A model generated the notes under the pieces. It made no database searches. It saw only the letters and a list, made by a program, of their open reading frames with translations, and had not been told where the DNA came from. 64,000 nt of DNA from Chloroflexota bacterium (GTDB lineage: Bacteria; Chloroflexota; Anaerolineae; Anaerolineales; Villigracilaceae). Shown here piece by piece: positions 48,540-56,543 of this stretch. The first letter of the stretch is position 1; each line of letters opens with the position of its first letter. The stretch spans positions 80,852 through 144,851 of the forward strand of contig JAJYLQ010000003.1 of assembly GCA_021787595.1 (NCBI GenBank), read 5' to 3'. Position numbers and translations under genes: made by a program.

Positions 48540-49715
48540 CTAAGAACCGCTCAACTCCTCGCGGATCGTCTTGCAGACTTCTTCCACCTGCTCTTCGATC
48601 ATCACACCCGAGAATGGCAAGGCCAATCCGCGTTTGCCCAAATCTTCGGTCACGGGAAAATCACCTTCGCGATAACCAAAACGCTCGACCATGTACGGCT
48701 GCAAATGGATCGGCCAAAAATATGGACGAACCGGGATGCCGCGTTTATCCAAACGCTTCGCCAGCGCGTCGCGGTCAATCTTTGCATCGAAGCGGACAAC
48801 GTACACAAACCATGACATGCGCGTGGTGAACGGTTCGATCACGGGCGGTTCCGCGCCGGGGATTTCGCTCAATCGTTCCGTGTACCAATCCGCAACCTGA
48901 TCGCGCTTATTCAACAACTCATCGAGACGCGTCATCTGAATCGTTCCCAATGCGGCAGACATTTCATCGAGCCGGTAGTTATAACCAAGAAAAGTATGCG
49001 AGAGCCATGTGTCGCCGGGCGCGCGCCCCTGATTGCGAAGCGCGCGCATCATGTCCGCAGCTTTATCATCATTCGTGACGATCACGCCGCCTTCGCCCGT
49101 CGTGATTTGTTTGTTCGGATAAAACGCAAACACCGCGTAATCGCCGAACGTCCCCGCGGGTTTGCCGTTATATTCCGCGCCGAGCGCCTCGCACGAATCT
49201 TCGATCATCCTGAGTTTGTAATCGTCCGCGACTTTGCGAATCGGACCGAGGTCCGCGGGCTGGCCGAAGACATCCACCGGAAGAATCGCTTTCAGCGTGC
49301 GCTTCGTCCCGGAGCCTTTGCGGGGCAGCCATTTCTCGGCCTTCTTCCCGCCCTCGGCCAAGTCCCGCGCCGCGTCCGCGACGAGTCCCGGAGCGATGTT
49401 TCCCGTCTTCGGATTCACGTCCACGAAAACAGGAATCGCATTTTCGTACAGCATCACATTCGACGAGGCAACGAACGAGAACGGCGTGGTGATGACCAGA
49501 TCGCCCTCGCCAATCCCCGCCGCACGGATACAAAGATGCAATCCCGTTGTGCCAGATGAAACGCCGACCGCGTGTTTTGTCCCGGTCAGGTCGCGGAAGG
49601 ATTTTTCGAAATCCAAAATCCAGTGTCCCATGCTCAAGATGGGCGTGTTGAGGACGTTTTGAACTGCCTGACGTTCCGCATCGGTCAGGTCAGGAGAGGA
49701 CATGGTTATTTGCAT
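48540..49715 (-). CDS. DegT/DnrJ/EryC1/StrS-family PLP-dependent sugar aminotransferase
   Basis: Family-typical layout with AFYPNKQITTGEGG (PLP-Lys context). Start could be 49715 or 49703. Confidence 0.85.
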   Translation of the reverse strand: MQITMSSPDLTDAERQAVQNVLNTPILSMGHWILDFEKSFRDLTGTKHAVGVSSGTTGLHLCIRAAGIGEGDLVITTPFSFVASSNVMLYENAIPVFVDVNPKTGNIAPGLVADAARDLAEGGKKAEKWLPRKGSGTKRTLKAILPVDVFGQPADLGPIRKVADDYKLRMIEDSCEALGAEYNGKPAGTFGDYAVFAFYPNKQITTGEGGVIVTNDDKAADMMRALRNQGRAPGDTWLSHTFLGYNYRLDEMSAALGTIQMTRLDELLNKRDQVADWYTERLSEIPGAEPPVIEPFTTRMSWFVYVVRFDAKIDRDALAKRLDKRGIPVRPYFWPIHLQPYMVERFGYREGDFPVTEDLGKRGLALPFSGVMIEEQVEEVCKTIREELSGS

Positions 49716-49730
49716 TTTTATTCCATTTGG

Positions 49731-49776
49731 GTAGGGGCACAGTTCGCGAAGCATGCAAAGCCCGCTGTGCCCCTAC
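49731..49776. repeat. REP-like hairpin GTAGGGGCACAG-N22-CTGTGCCCCTAC
   Basis: Perfect 12-bp stem. The 3' flank GCCCCTACAATTTC is identical to a motif inside the RAYT gene (about 56176-56190). Confidence 0.7.
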
Positions 49777-50972
49777 AATTTCAAAATATTCTTTAATTCC
49801 TCGATCAATTGCTCTTCTAAAACTAATTGATTCTTCGGGTCTTTACGCGGCTTCAATTCTACCATTCCATCCTTGAGATTCTTTTCCCCCACCGTCACGC
49901 GGACGGGACAACCGATCAAATCCGCATCGTTGAACTTGACTCCGGCGCGTTCGTCGCGGTCATCGAATAAAACTGACAGACCCGCATCCTCCAAAGATTT
50001 ATAAAGTTCTTCCGCCTTTGCGCGCGTATCCATTTCTTTGCCGGGCACGTGCATGAGATACACATCGAACGGCGCGGCGAATTTTGGAAGAGTCAAACCC
50101 TTGTCATCGTGATGTGATTCAGCCAGGGCGAGCAAAATGTTCTCAAAATAAAATTTATTCTGTTTGCGAATCGGTTCGACGGCTAGAACAGACAAAGGCT
50201 TGCCGCAGTTTGAACACACATCACCAGCTTTCACCTGAACCAAATCGTCAACAATTTCGGCGGAATAATCCCGATCATAATTTGTGCTTTTCAAATGATA
50301 ACCAGTTTCATTCGCGCCAGCCACAAGATTGGCAGATTGCGGAATCAAATCATCCACGGCGATCAACGCGTCCTTCAATCCAATCGGCGAGGCGTAGCCC
50401 GCAGCCGCGCCGGATTTTGCGATCTCGCCGGCAGTCGCCGGACGAACATCGCCAACCAGTTTTTTCAATTTTGCATCGCTCAACTGCATATCGCCGCGCA
50501 CGACGACGAAGATGAATTTGCTGTCAGAAAGCCGCGTGAACATCAGGGCTTTGGCTGTTTTTTCTTTTGGCACGCCGAGAAAATTTGCGAGCGACTCAAT
50601 CGTATTGCAATCGGGCGTCAAAACTTTTTCGAGCGGAAGCGGTTCTTCAGGTGAAAAGACTGTTTTCCCGAATCGCGCGAGTTCGACGCGTTCGGCATAA
50701 CCGCATTCAGCGCAACGAGCAACTTCCATGGATCCAAACTTAATTGGAAAGAAAGTTTCGTCATTATTGCCAATGATCTGCAAAGAAAGATGAAAGAGGA
50801 AAGATTCATCCTTCGAGAGTTCGCGCAAATGATTGACCGCGTATTCGCCGAGCGGCGTCAGCGCATTTTCGCGCGAGAGATATCCGGCGCGGACGAGAAA
50901 CGCGAAACCGTCCGTGCGTGCATTGGACGGAGTTTGTCGTTGTGTTTCAATGTATAGTTCGCGGAATCTCAT
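49773..50972 (-). CDS. ProRS-derived protein: N-terminal stub, INS/YbaK-like editing domain and anticodon-binding domain, no class II catalytic motifs 2/3
   Basis: The first 55 aa resemble the ProRS N-terminus. CAECGYAERVELA, the INS-like segment (KTAKALMF..VVVRGD..) and the C-terminal ABD (FDVYLMHV...DDRDERAGVKFNDADLIGCP) are retained. The fRDE and GCYGIG regions are absent. Confidence 0.6.
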   Translation of the reverse strand: MRFRELYIETQRQTPSNARTDGFAFLVRAGYLSRENALTPLGEYAVNHLRELSKDESFLFHLSLQIIGNNDETFFPIKFGSMEVARCAECGYAERVELARFGKTVFSPEEPLPLEKVLTPDCNTIESLANFLGVPKEKTAKALMFTRLSDSKFIFVVVRGDMQLSDAKLKKLVGDVRPATAGEIAKSGAAAGYASPIGLKDALIAVDDLIPQSANLVAGANETGYHLKSTNYDRDYSAEIVDDLVQVKAGDVCSNCGKPLSVLAVEPIRKQNKFYFENILLALAESHHDDKGLTLPKFAAPFDVYLMHVPGKEMDTRAKAEELYKSLEDAGLSVLFDDRDERAGVKFNDADLIGCPVRVTVGEKNLKDGMVELKPRKDPKNQLVLEEQLIEELKNILKL

Positions 50973-50998
50973 TTTATAAAGTGATTGAAGCTTTTCGT

Positions 50999-51092
50999 CC
51001 TGAGCGGAGCGGCGCTGCAAGCGCCGCGCAGTCGAAGGACATTTCGGCAAATGCGCTTCGACTGCGGCGCAAAAAACGCGCCTCCGCTCAGT
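50999..51092. repeat. Nested palindromic element upstream of the ProRS-like gene
   Basis: Outer arms CTGAGCGGAG/CTCCGCTCAG enclose hairpins GCGGCGC-TGCAA-GCGCCGC and GCAGTCGAAG...CTTCGACTGC. Confidence 0.6.
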
Positions 51093-51114
51093 GCGAAGCA
51101 ACTTTTCCAAAAAG

Positions 51115-51639
51115 TCATTCTGCGGTTTTCTTTTTTCTAACGACGGTCGAAGAACCGTCAGCCTTTGGCGCCGGTGGCGGAACGGGAATCGGCGTCTGTG
51201 CGATAGCTTCCGCCTGGGTGGCCTCCGAAGGCGTAACATCGGGAGCCGGTTCGAGTTCCAAGTCTACCGTTTCTTCCATCCGGATTTGGCCGCGCAGGAA
51301 CGCGCCTTCATCCGTCACAAAAGCAGTTGTTACCACATCGCCCCACACGCGCCCGCTGGCGCGGATTTCCAGTTTTTGAGTCGTGATGTTGCCGCGCACC
51401 GCGCCCGCCACGATGACCGTATTGGCGCGCACGTTTTGACAGGTCACGCGCCCGGTCTCGCCGACAACCAGCATCCCGCGCAACGCGATCTCGCCCTCGA
51501 ACGCGCCTTCGATTCGCACACCGCCCGAACCATTAATCGAACCATGCCAGATCACACCCGGCCCAAGCACGGACGTGATGCGCTCGACGGCCTGGACTTG
51601 TTGTGAAGTTTCTGTTGGAGAAGTACTACGTTTGAACAT
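51115..51639 (-). CDS. Bactofilin (DUF583) cytoskeletal protein
   Basis: Beta-helical repeat region IEGAFEGEIALRGMLVVGETGRVTCQNVRANTVIVAGAVRGNI. Confidence 0.8.
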   Translation of the reverse strand: MFKRSTSPTETSQQVQAVERITSVLGPGVIWHGSINGSGGVRIEGAFEGEIALRGMLVVGETGRVTCQNVRANTVIVAGAVRGNITTQKLEIRASGRVWGDVVTTAFVTDEGAFLRGQIRMEETVDLELEPAPDVTPSEATQAEAIAQTPIPVPPPAPKADGSSTVVRKKKTAE

Positions 51640-51857
51640 TAAGCCTTTGCACCTGCTGATATTTTAAATTCAACCGGCAAAATATTTTTCAAATTGAGAT
51701 GACTGGATGCATCAATAATTTCAATGCCGACAATTCTATCGCCATCTCCGACATCCAGTACCACATCATCAGAGACGCGTTTGTTGATAACGTCCTGCTT
51801 TGGTTCGTCCAGGCGGATATAAAGAGTATCCGTTTTTGCGTTATAAAGTACCTGCAT
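51639..51857 (-). CDS. DUF2283-family protein (antitoxin-like partner)
   Basis: MQVLYNAKTDTLYIRLDE...IVGIEIIDAS, typical of DUF2283. Its stop shares a base with the bactofilin ATG (TAATG). Confidence 0.65.
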   Translation of the reverse strand: MQVLYNAKTDTLYIRLDEPKQDVINKRVSDDVVLDVGDGDRIVGIEIIDASSHLNLKNILPVEFKISAGAKA

Positions 51858-52122
51858 TTTCGTCCGTCCATTCTCCGTAAAAGACAAACACAGTTACGGT
51901 CACAATTGCATCATTCTCAACCAAGTAAATTACCTCGACACGTTTATGCTTGTAATATCTTCCGAGCCGCTCCCGTTCAAATATATATACCTTGCCTTTT
52001 GCCAAACGATTCTTTCGGGCGGGAATTGTAAACCCATTTTGGATCACATCTTCAATTTCTTCTACACTAGTGCCGCGCTCCTCAGCACGTTCAAGTGTAT
52101 GCGGCTCAATCTGGATTTTCAT
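51841..52122 (-). CDS. DUF4258-family protein (toxin-like partner)
   Basis: IEPHTLERAEERGTSVEEIEDVIQNG, typical of DUF4258. Overlaps the DUF2283 gene by 17 nt. Confidence 0.6.
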   Translation of the reverse strand: MKIQIEPHTLERAEERGTSVEEIEDVIQNGFTIPARKNRLAKGKVYIFERERLGRYYKHKRVEVIYLVENDAIVTVTVFVFYGEWTDENAGTL

Positions 52123-52138
52123 GATCCCATCCTGAAAT

Positions 52139-52173
52139 AAAATTAGGACACAGGAATGCTGTGTCCTAATTTT
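52139..52173 (-). terminator. Hairpin terminator after fabI
   Basis: AAAATTAGGACACAG-loop-CTGTGTCCTAATTTT, followed by a T-rich tract on the minus strand. Confidence 0.65.
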
Positions 52174-52205
52174 ATCATCTTCGTATTTCTTATGCTTTTG
52201 AAGAT

Positions 52206-53000
52206 TTATTCGCTTTTTGCTTCCGGATTCATCTGCACACCAACGGCATTGAAGCCCGAATCAACGTACAAGACTTCGCCAGTGATACGCGCCGAAAGAT
52301 CGGACGCCAAAAACACCGCGGCATTGCCCACATCTTCAATCGTGATATTTTCGCGCATCGGTGAAATATCCGCAAAATGCTTGTACATATCGCGGAAGCC
52401 GCCCACGCCTGCCGCGGCCAACGTCCGGATCGGCCCCGCCGAAATGGCGTTGACTCGAATCTTCTCCGGGCCGAGATCATACGCCAGATAACGCGTCGAC
52501 GACTCGAGCGCGGCTTTGGCAACGCCCATCACGTTGTAATGCGGCGCGACTTTCACCGAGCCGTAATACGTCATGCAGATCAGTGACGCACCAGGACGCA
52601 GAATCGGATGAAAAGCTTTCGCCAGCGCCACGAACGAGAACACGCTGATGTCCATCGCGTTCTTGAATCCCTCGCGGCTGGTGTTGTAATACGGGCCGGT
52701 CAATTCTTCGCGCCCCGCAAACGCAATCGAATGCACCAATATGTCAATCTGCCCGAAATCCCTTTTGGCTTTTTCTGCGACGGCAGCGATCTGATCGTCC
52801 TTGGTCACATCACATTCTTCGACCCATTTGCAATTGATCTGTTCCGCCAACGGTTTGACGCGTCTTTCGAGCGCTTCGCCCGCGTAACTGATTCCGATCT
52901 TTGCGCCTTCACGATGCATGGCCTGCGTGATGCCCCATGCAATCGAGCGTTCGTTGGCCAAGCCAAATATCAATGCAGTCTTGCCTTCAAGTAAATCCAT
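52206..53000 (-). CDS. fabI: Enoyl-[acyl-carrier-protein] reductase (NADH), FabI
   Basis: GKTALIFGLANERSIAWGI N-terminus. Y..M..K catalytic context YNVMGVAKAALE. Confidence 0.9.
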   Translation of the reverse strand: MDLLEGKTALIFGLANERSIAWGITQAMHREGAKIGISYAGEALERRVKPLAEQINCKWVEECDVTKDDQIAAVAEKAKRDFGQIDILVHSIAFAGREELTGPYYNTSREGFKNAMDISVFSFVALAKAFHPILRPGASLICMTYYGSVKVAPHYNVMGVAKAALESSTRYLAYDLGPEKIRVNAISAGPIRTLAAAGVGGFRDMYKHFADISPMRENITIEDVGNAAVFLASDLSARITGEVLYVDSGFNAVGVQMNPEAKSE

Positions 53001-53021
53001 CGTTCCTCCGAGTGTCAGATA

Positions 53022-53636
53022 TCAAGTTTCAGGTATCAAGTGTATAGCGTTTCCTGAAACTTGGAACGTGACACCTGACACCTTGAACCGCCACGGCTTC
53101 GACTTCCATGGCTCCGGCGTATTATTTAAACCCACGCGCGGCCCTTTCGTCACGAGCGAATTGGGGACAGAAATCCCCGCCTCAATCCACAGACCGGAGG
53201 CGGACTCCGTTAAATCCAGGCCGTTCTCGCTCTTGGTGATTCCCATCGCCTGCGTCAGTTTGCCGGGGCCAAAAGTATCGCGCCCGCTTCGCCGGCGCGA
53301 CATGATCTCTTCGCCTTCGATCGGCTGGATGGCGCGGATCAAGACCGCAGCCGGGAATCCCTCGCGCTCTGTGACCACATTCAACATCCAATGATTTCCA
53401 TACGTGAAATAAACATACGCGTGTCCGGGCGGACCATACATGACGGCCGTGCGCGGCGTTCGTCCGGCCTTGGCATGGCAGGCCAAATCTTTTTCGCTAA
53501 TGTACGCCTCCGTCTCGGTGATCAGCCCAACCAATTTTTGGCCATTGAGAATCCGAACCAACCGCGCGCCGATCAATTCACGCGCAACAGTCAGGGTTGG
53601 GCGATTGTAAAAGTCACGCGGCAAGAGCCGGCTCAT
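53022..53636 (-). CDS. mpg: DNA-3-methyladenine glycosylase (Mpg/AAG family)
   Basis: LPRDFYNRPTLTVARELIGARLV and ETEAY...D.A.HA blocks. The last roughly 20 codons lie in a family-D repeat. Confidence 0.85.
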   Translation of the reverse strand: MSRLLPRDFYNRPTLTVARELIGARLVRILNGQKLVGLITETEAYISEKDLACHAKAGRTPRTAVMYGPPGHAYVYFTYGNHWMLNVVTEREGFPAAVLIRAIQPIEGEEIMSRRRSGRDTFGPGKLTQAMGITKSENGLDLTESASGLWIEAGISVPNSLVTKGPRVGLNNTPEPWKSKPWRFKVSGVTFQVSGNAIHLIPET

Positions 53637-54867
53637 TTCTTGTTTCCACCTCGCGCGACAATGGGCGCTTGAGGAAATGGATGGAGGAGACGATCAGGAC
53701 CGCCAGGTTGCTCCAAAATATCCAGCCCATCACTGCATAATTGATCCAACTATGAATAGAGTTGACGAGCAAAATGTTCGAGGAGAAAATAGACAATACC
53801 CAAAGGGAGGAAAACAACAGGGATATTTTTTGTCCGCGCCATTCCTTGACGATTTGGAATGCCAAAATCTGGAGGCAGGGCAAATAGACGAAATAATGCG
53901 GCCACGAATTCGGCAGCCAAAATGCCAGTGTCGAGAAAAGCAAGGCGCACGCCCAAATTGCCTCGTTCTGCAGCTTCAATGTATTGATCCTATGCACAAG
54001 CCAAATTGCAGCGAATATGATCGTATAACCCATAAGAGCGGGAACGATGACGAAATACAAACCGGGCGACTGGAGGAGAAACAGGTGGGCGAAAACACTG
54101 GAAATATATTGGGAATCAAAATTAACCAATCCCAACTGGATCAGAGTTGGAATTCCCGCGCTGGAGCTTTGTTGAAACCTCCAGAAACCGTCCGGACCAA
54201 ACAGGATAATCGGGAGGAGGAGATATTCGAGTAAGACAGTTGCCGCGCAAAGCAGGATATATCTCCAGTCGCTCTTCAGAAGAAAGTAAACCAAAAAGAT
54301 TACAGGATAGTATTTGACGGCAATCACGCTTCCCAGAATGGCGGCGGACGGGACAACCCTGCCCTTCTGATATAAGAGAAATGATGCAAAGACTCCCAGT
54401 GTGATCATCGGGCTGATCTGTCCCCACTTCACACTATTGACAAGCGGCGCGCTCGTGATGAATAAAAACAGGAAAAGATATTTCTCGTATCTTTCCTGAA
54501 CAATTGCCCTTTCCAAAATAAAATAAAAAGCGCCGATGCTGACCAACTGAAGCGTTCCCCAAACTACAATAGCCATCTCTTGTTCGAACAAAGCAAAAGG
54601 CGAAAAGAGAATCGCGGCGAAGGTCGAATAATAGAAACCAGCGGGGAAAGAGCCACCTGACAGAATTGCTTTTCCCGCAGGATAGAAAAATCCAGTGAAG
54701 TCACAAAACAACTTGGGACAATGATCGATTTGCGTGACGAAGTTCGTTATGTTCCCCCAATAAATAAAATAATAAGCCAAAACCGATCCCGCAATGATCC
54801 ACCTGTAATCTATTTTTCTTGCTATTAATACAAGTGCGCCAGCCTTCGAGTCCATAACGAGATTCAC
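53614..54867 (-). CDS. Polytopic membrane protein, GT87/DUF2029-like glycosyltransferase candidate
   Basis: About 12 TM. The DF..FYPAG motif region is typical of DUF2029. GTGA overlap with the upstream epimerase gene. An alternative ATG lies at 54855. Confidence 0.5.
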   Translation of the reverse strand: MNLVMDSKAGALVLIARKIDYRWIIAGSVLAYYFIYWGNITNFVTQIDHCPKLFCDFTGFFYPAGKAILSGGSFPAGFYYSTFAAILFSPFALFEQEMAIVVWGTLQLVSIGAFYFILERAIVQERYEKYLFLFLFITSAPLVNSVKWGQISPMITLGVFASFLLYQKGRVVPSAAILGSVIAVKYYPVIFLVYFLLKSDWRYILLCAATVLLEYLLLPIILFGPDGFWRFQQSSSAGIPTLIQLGLVNFDSQYISSVFAHLFLLQSPGLYFVIVPALMGYTIIFAAIWLVHRINTLKLQNEAIWACALLFSTLAFWLPNSWPHYFVYLPCLQILAFQIVKEWRGQKISLLFSSLWVLSIFSSNILLVNSIHSWINYAVMGWIFWSNLAVLIVSSIHFLKRPLSREVETRNEPALAA

Positions 54868-55793
54868 TTGAAGCGCGGGTCGCGTTGAAGGGTGAGGCGC
54901 AGGCCCTCCTCCAGCTTGATCGAGGGGCGATAACTCAACTTATCCTGCGCGAGGCTCAAATCAGCTGCCATACGCGAGACGCCGCCTGAAGTCTGGGAGT
55001 TATAGATCACTTCCGGCTTGCAGCCCGTCACATCCAAAACTGTTTTGACCAGGTCGCGTACGCTGGTCTCCCTCCCGGAACCGACGTTGATAACCAGTCC
55101 ATCAATATTCGGTGCGGTCGCCGCTGCCACCATCGCGCTGACCACGTCATCCACATAAACATAATCGCGCGTCTGGCTTCCATCGCCATGCACAACCAGC
55201 GTCCCGCCGCGCAAAGCCTGGCGCAAATAATATGGAACCACAGGCGGATGCGATGGCGGCAAATGCTGGCCCGGCCCATACGCATTGAAGATTCGCAGGC
55301 TGACCGTTTCGATGCCCCACAATCTTCCAATCGTGCGCACATAAAACTCAGCCGCAAGTTTCGAAACCGCGTATGGCGAACGCGGATTAGGAACAACCGA
55401 TTCACGCAGCGGCTGCGCTTCGCGGCCAAGATCGCCATACACGGCGCCCGATGAGGCCAGCACCACGCGCCGCACGCCAACATCGCGCATGGCTTCCATC
55501 AAAGCCACCGTCCCGCCCACATTGACCGTGTTGTAATCGCGCGGATACAAAACCGATTCAGGCACCGAGACGCGCGCCGCCAGATGATAAACCACATCCA
55601 CTTCCTGGAGCAGAGTCCACAACTTGGGCCGGTCACTGACATCGCCGCGCGTAAAATGCACGTCCGGTGCGAGCGCCTGCGGATCGCCTGTCGAAAGATC
55701 ATCGAGGCCGCGAACTTGATGTCCCTCACGGGCAAGATGATTGGCAAGCGTCGAGCCAAGAAAACCGGCCGCGCCGGTGATCAAAAAGTTCAT
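54864..55793 (-). CDS. NAD-dependent nucleotide-sugar epimerase/dehydratase
   Basis: MNFLITGAAGFLGS Rossmann motif and YAVSK catalytic motif. Confidence 0.85.
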   Translation of the reverse strand: MNFLITGAAGFLGSTLANHLAREGHQVRGLDDLSTGDPQALAPDVHFTRGDVSDRPKLWTLLQEVDVVYHLAARVSVPESVLYPRDYNTVNVGGTVALMEAMRDVGVRRVVLASSGAVYGDLGREAQPLRESVVPNPRSPYAVSKLAAEFYVRTIGRLWGIETVSLRIFNAYGPGQHLPPSHPPVVPYYLRQALRGGTLVVHGDGSQTRDYVYVDDVVSAMVAAATAPNIDGLVINVGSGRETSVRDLVKTVLDVTGCKPEVIYNSQTSGGVSRMAADLSLAQDKLSYRPSIKLEEGLRLTLQRDPRFK

Positions 55794-55907
55794 AGTCAGA
55801 TTATAAGGGTTATCGCTGATATTGTGCGATAGCTTCGACTTTTTCAAAAGCAAAGTCGTCGTCATGAATGTCAGAGATTATCGCGATACACATAAGGTTA
55901 GCTCCTA

Positions 55908-56516
55908 TTACTTGTTGGGGTTTTCTTCATCTCGAGTCCAATTGATTGGATTGGTTTGGATATAGGCGCGAATACGATTCCATTCGCGTTCATCACGAAT
56001 AATATGTTCATAATAATTACGCTGCCAGATGGAACCTGAAATAGTATCATCGCGTGCCATGGCGCGTTTGGTCACGGACGATTTGAAACCTGCGATAAAT
56101 GATGATAATGACCGCGGCGGTCGTTGTAGGGGCGGACGGCGTCCGCCCTGATTTTCATGGGATGGGCGCATGCCATGCGCCCCTACAATTTCTCCTTCAA
56201 CAATTTGGACAACGCCGTGAATATGATTGGGCATAACTACAAAATCTTCAGATGCAAGGCGAATTTCCTTACGAATATTCAACGACGAAAACCATTCCTC
56301 GTGAACGATTTTACCGATGGACGATAAAATCATTTGGTCATCCACAATTTCTCCGAACAGACATTGCCGCTGAAACGCGACCAGCGTTACAAAATACGCG
56401 CCTGTCGACGAATAATCATATCCATCCAAGCGAATTGACTTGCGATGAAATTTTGGCTGGCCGAGTCCCACGCGAAAATTATACACTTTCTGAATCAAAA
56501 ACCCGCCTCTCAACAA
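55908..56516 (-). CDS. REP-associated tyrosine transposase-like protein (IS200/IS605 Y1 family, RAYT-type)
   Basis: HUH motif PNHIHGVV and catalytic Tyr context WQRNYYEHII. N-terminal RLDGYDYSSTGAYFVT. Start codon uncertain (TTG in the track, no early ATG). Confidence 0.75.
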   Translation of the reverse strand: MLRGGFLIQKVYNFRVGLGQPKFHRKSIRLDGYDYSSTGAYFVTLVAFQRQCLFGEIVDDQMILSSIGKIVHEEWFSSLNIRKEIRLASEDFVVMPNHIHGVVQIVEGEIVGAHGMRPSHENQGGRRPPLQRPPRSLSSFIAGFKSSVTKRAMARDDTISGSIWQRNYYEHIIRDEREWNRIRAYIQTNPINWTRDEENPNK

Positions 56517-56543
56517 GATGGGTTACTGATTACTGAACACTGA

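Noticed and set aside
50973-51114. A possible T-box leader upstream of the ProRS-like gene.
   Set aside because: The leader is only about 140 nt and consists of a nested perfect palindrome. I found no T-box consensus (GGUGGUACCGCG-like) and no specifier-loop architecture.
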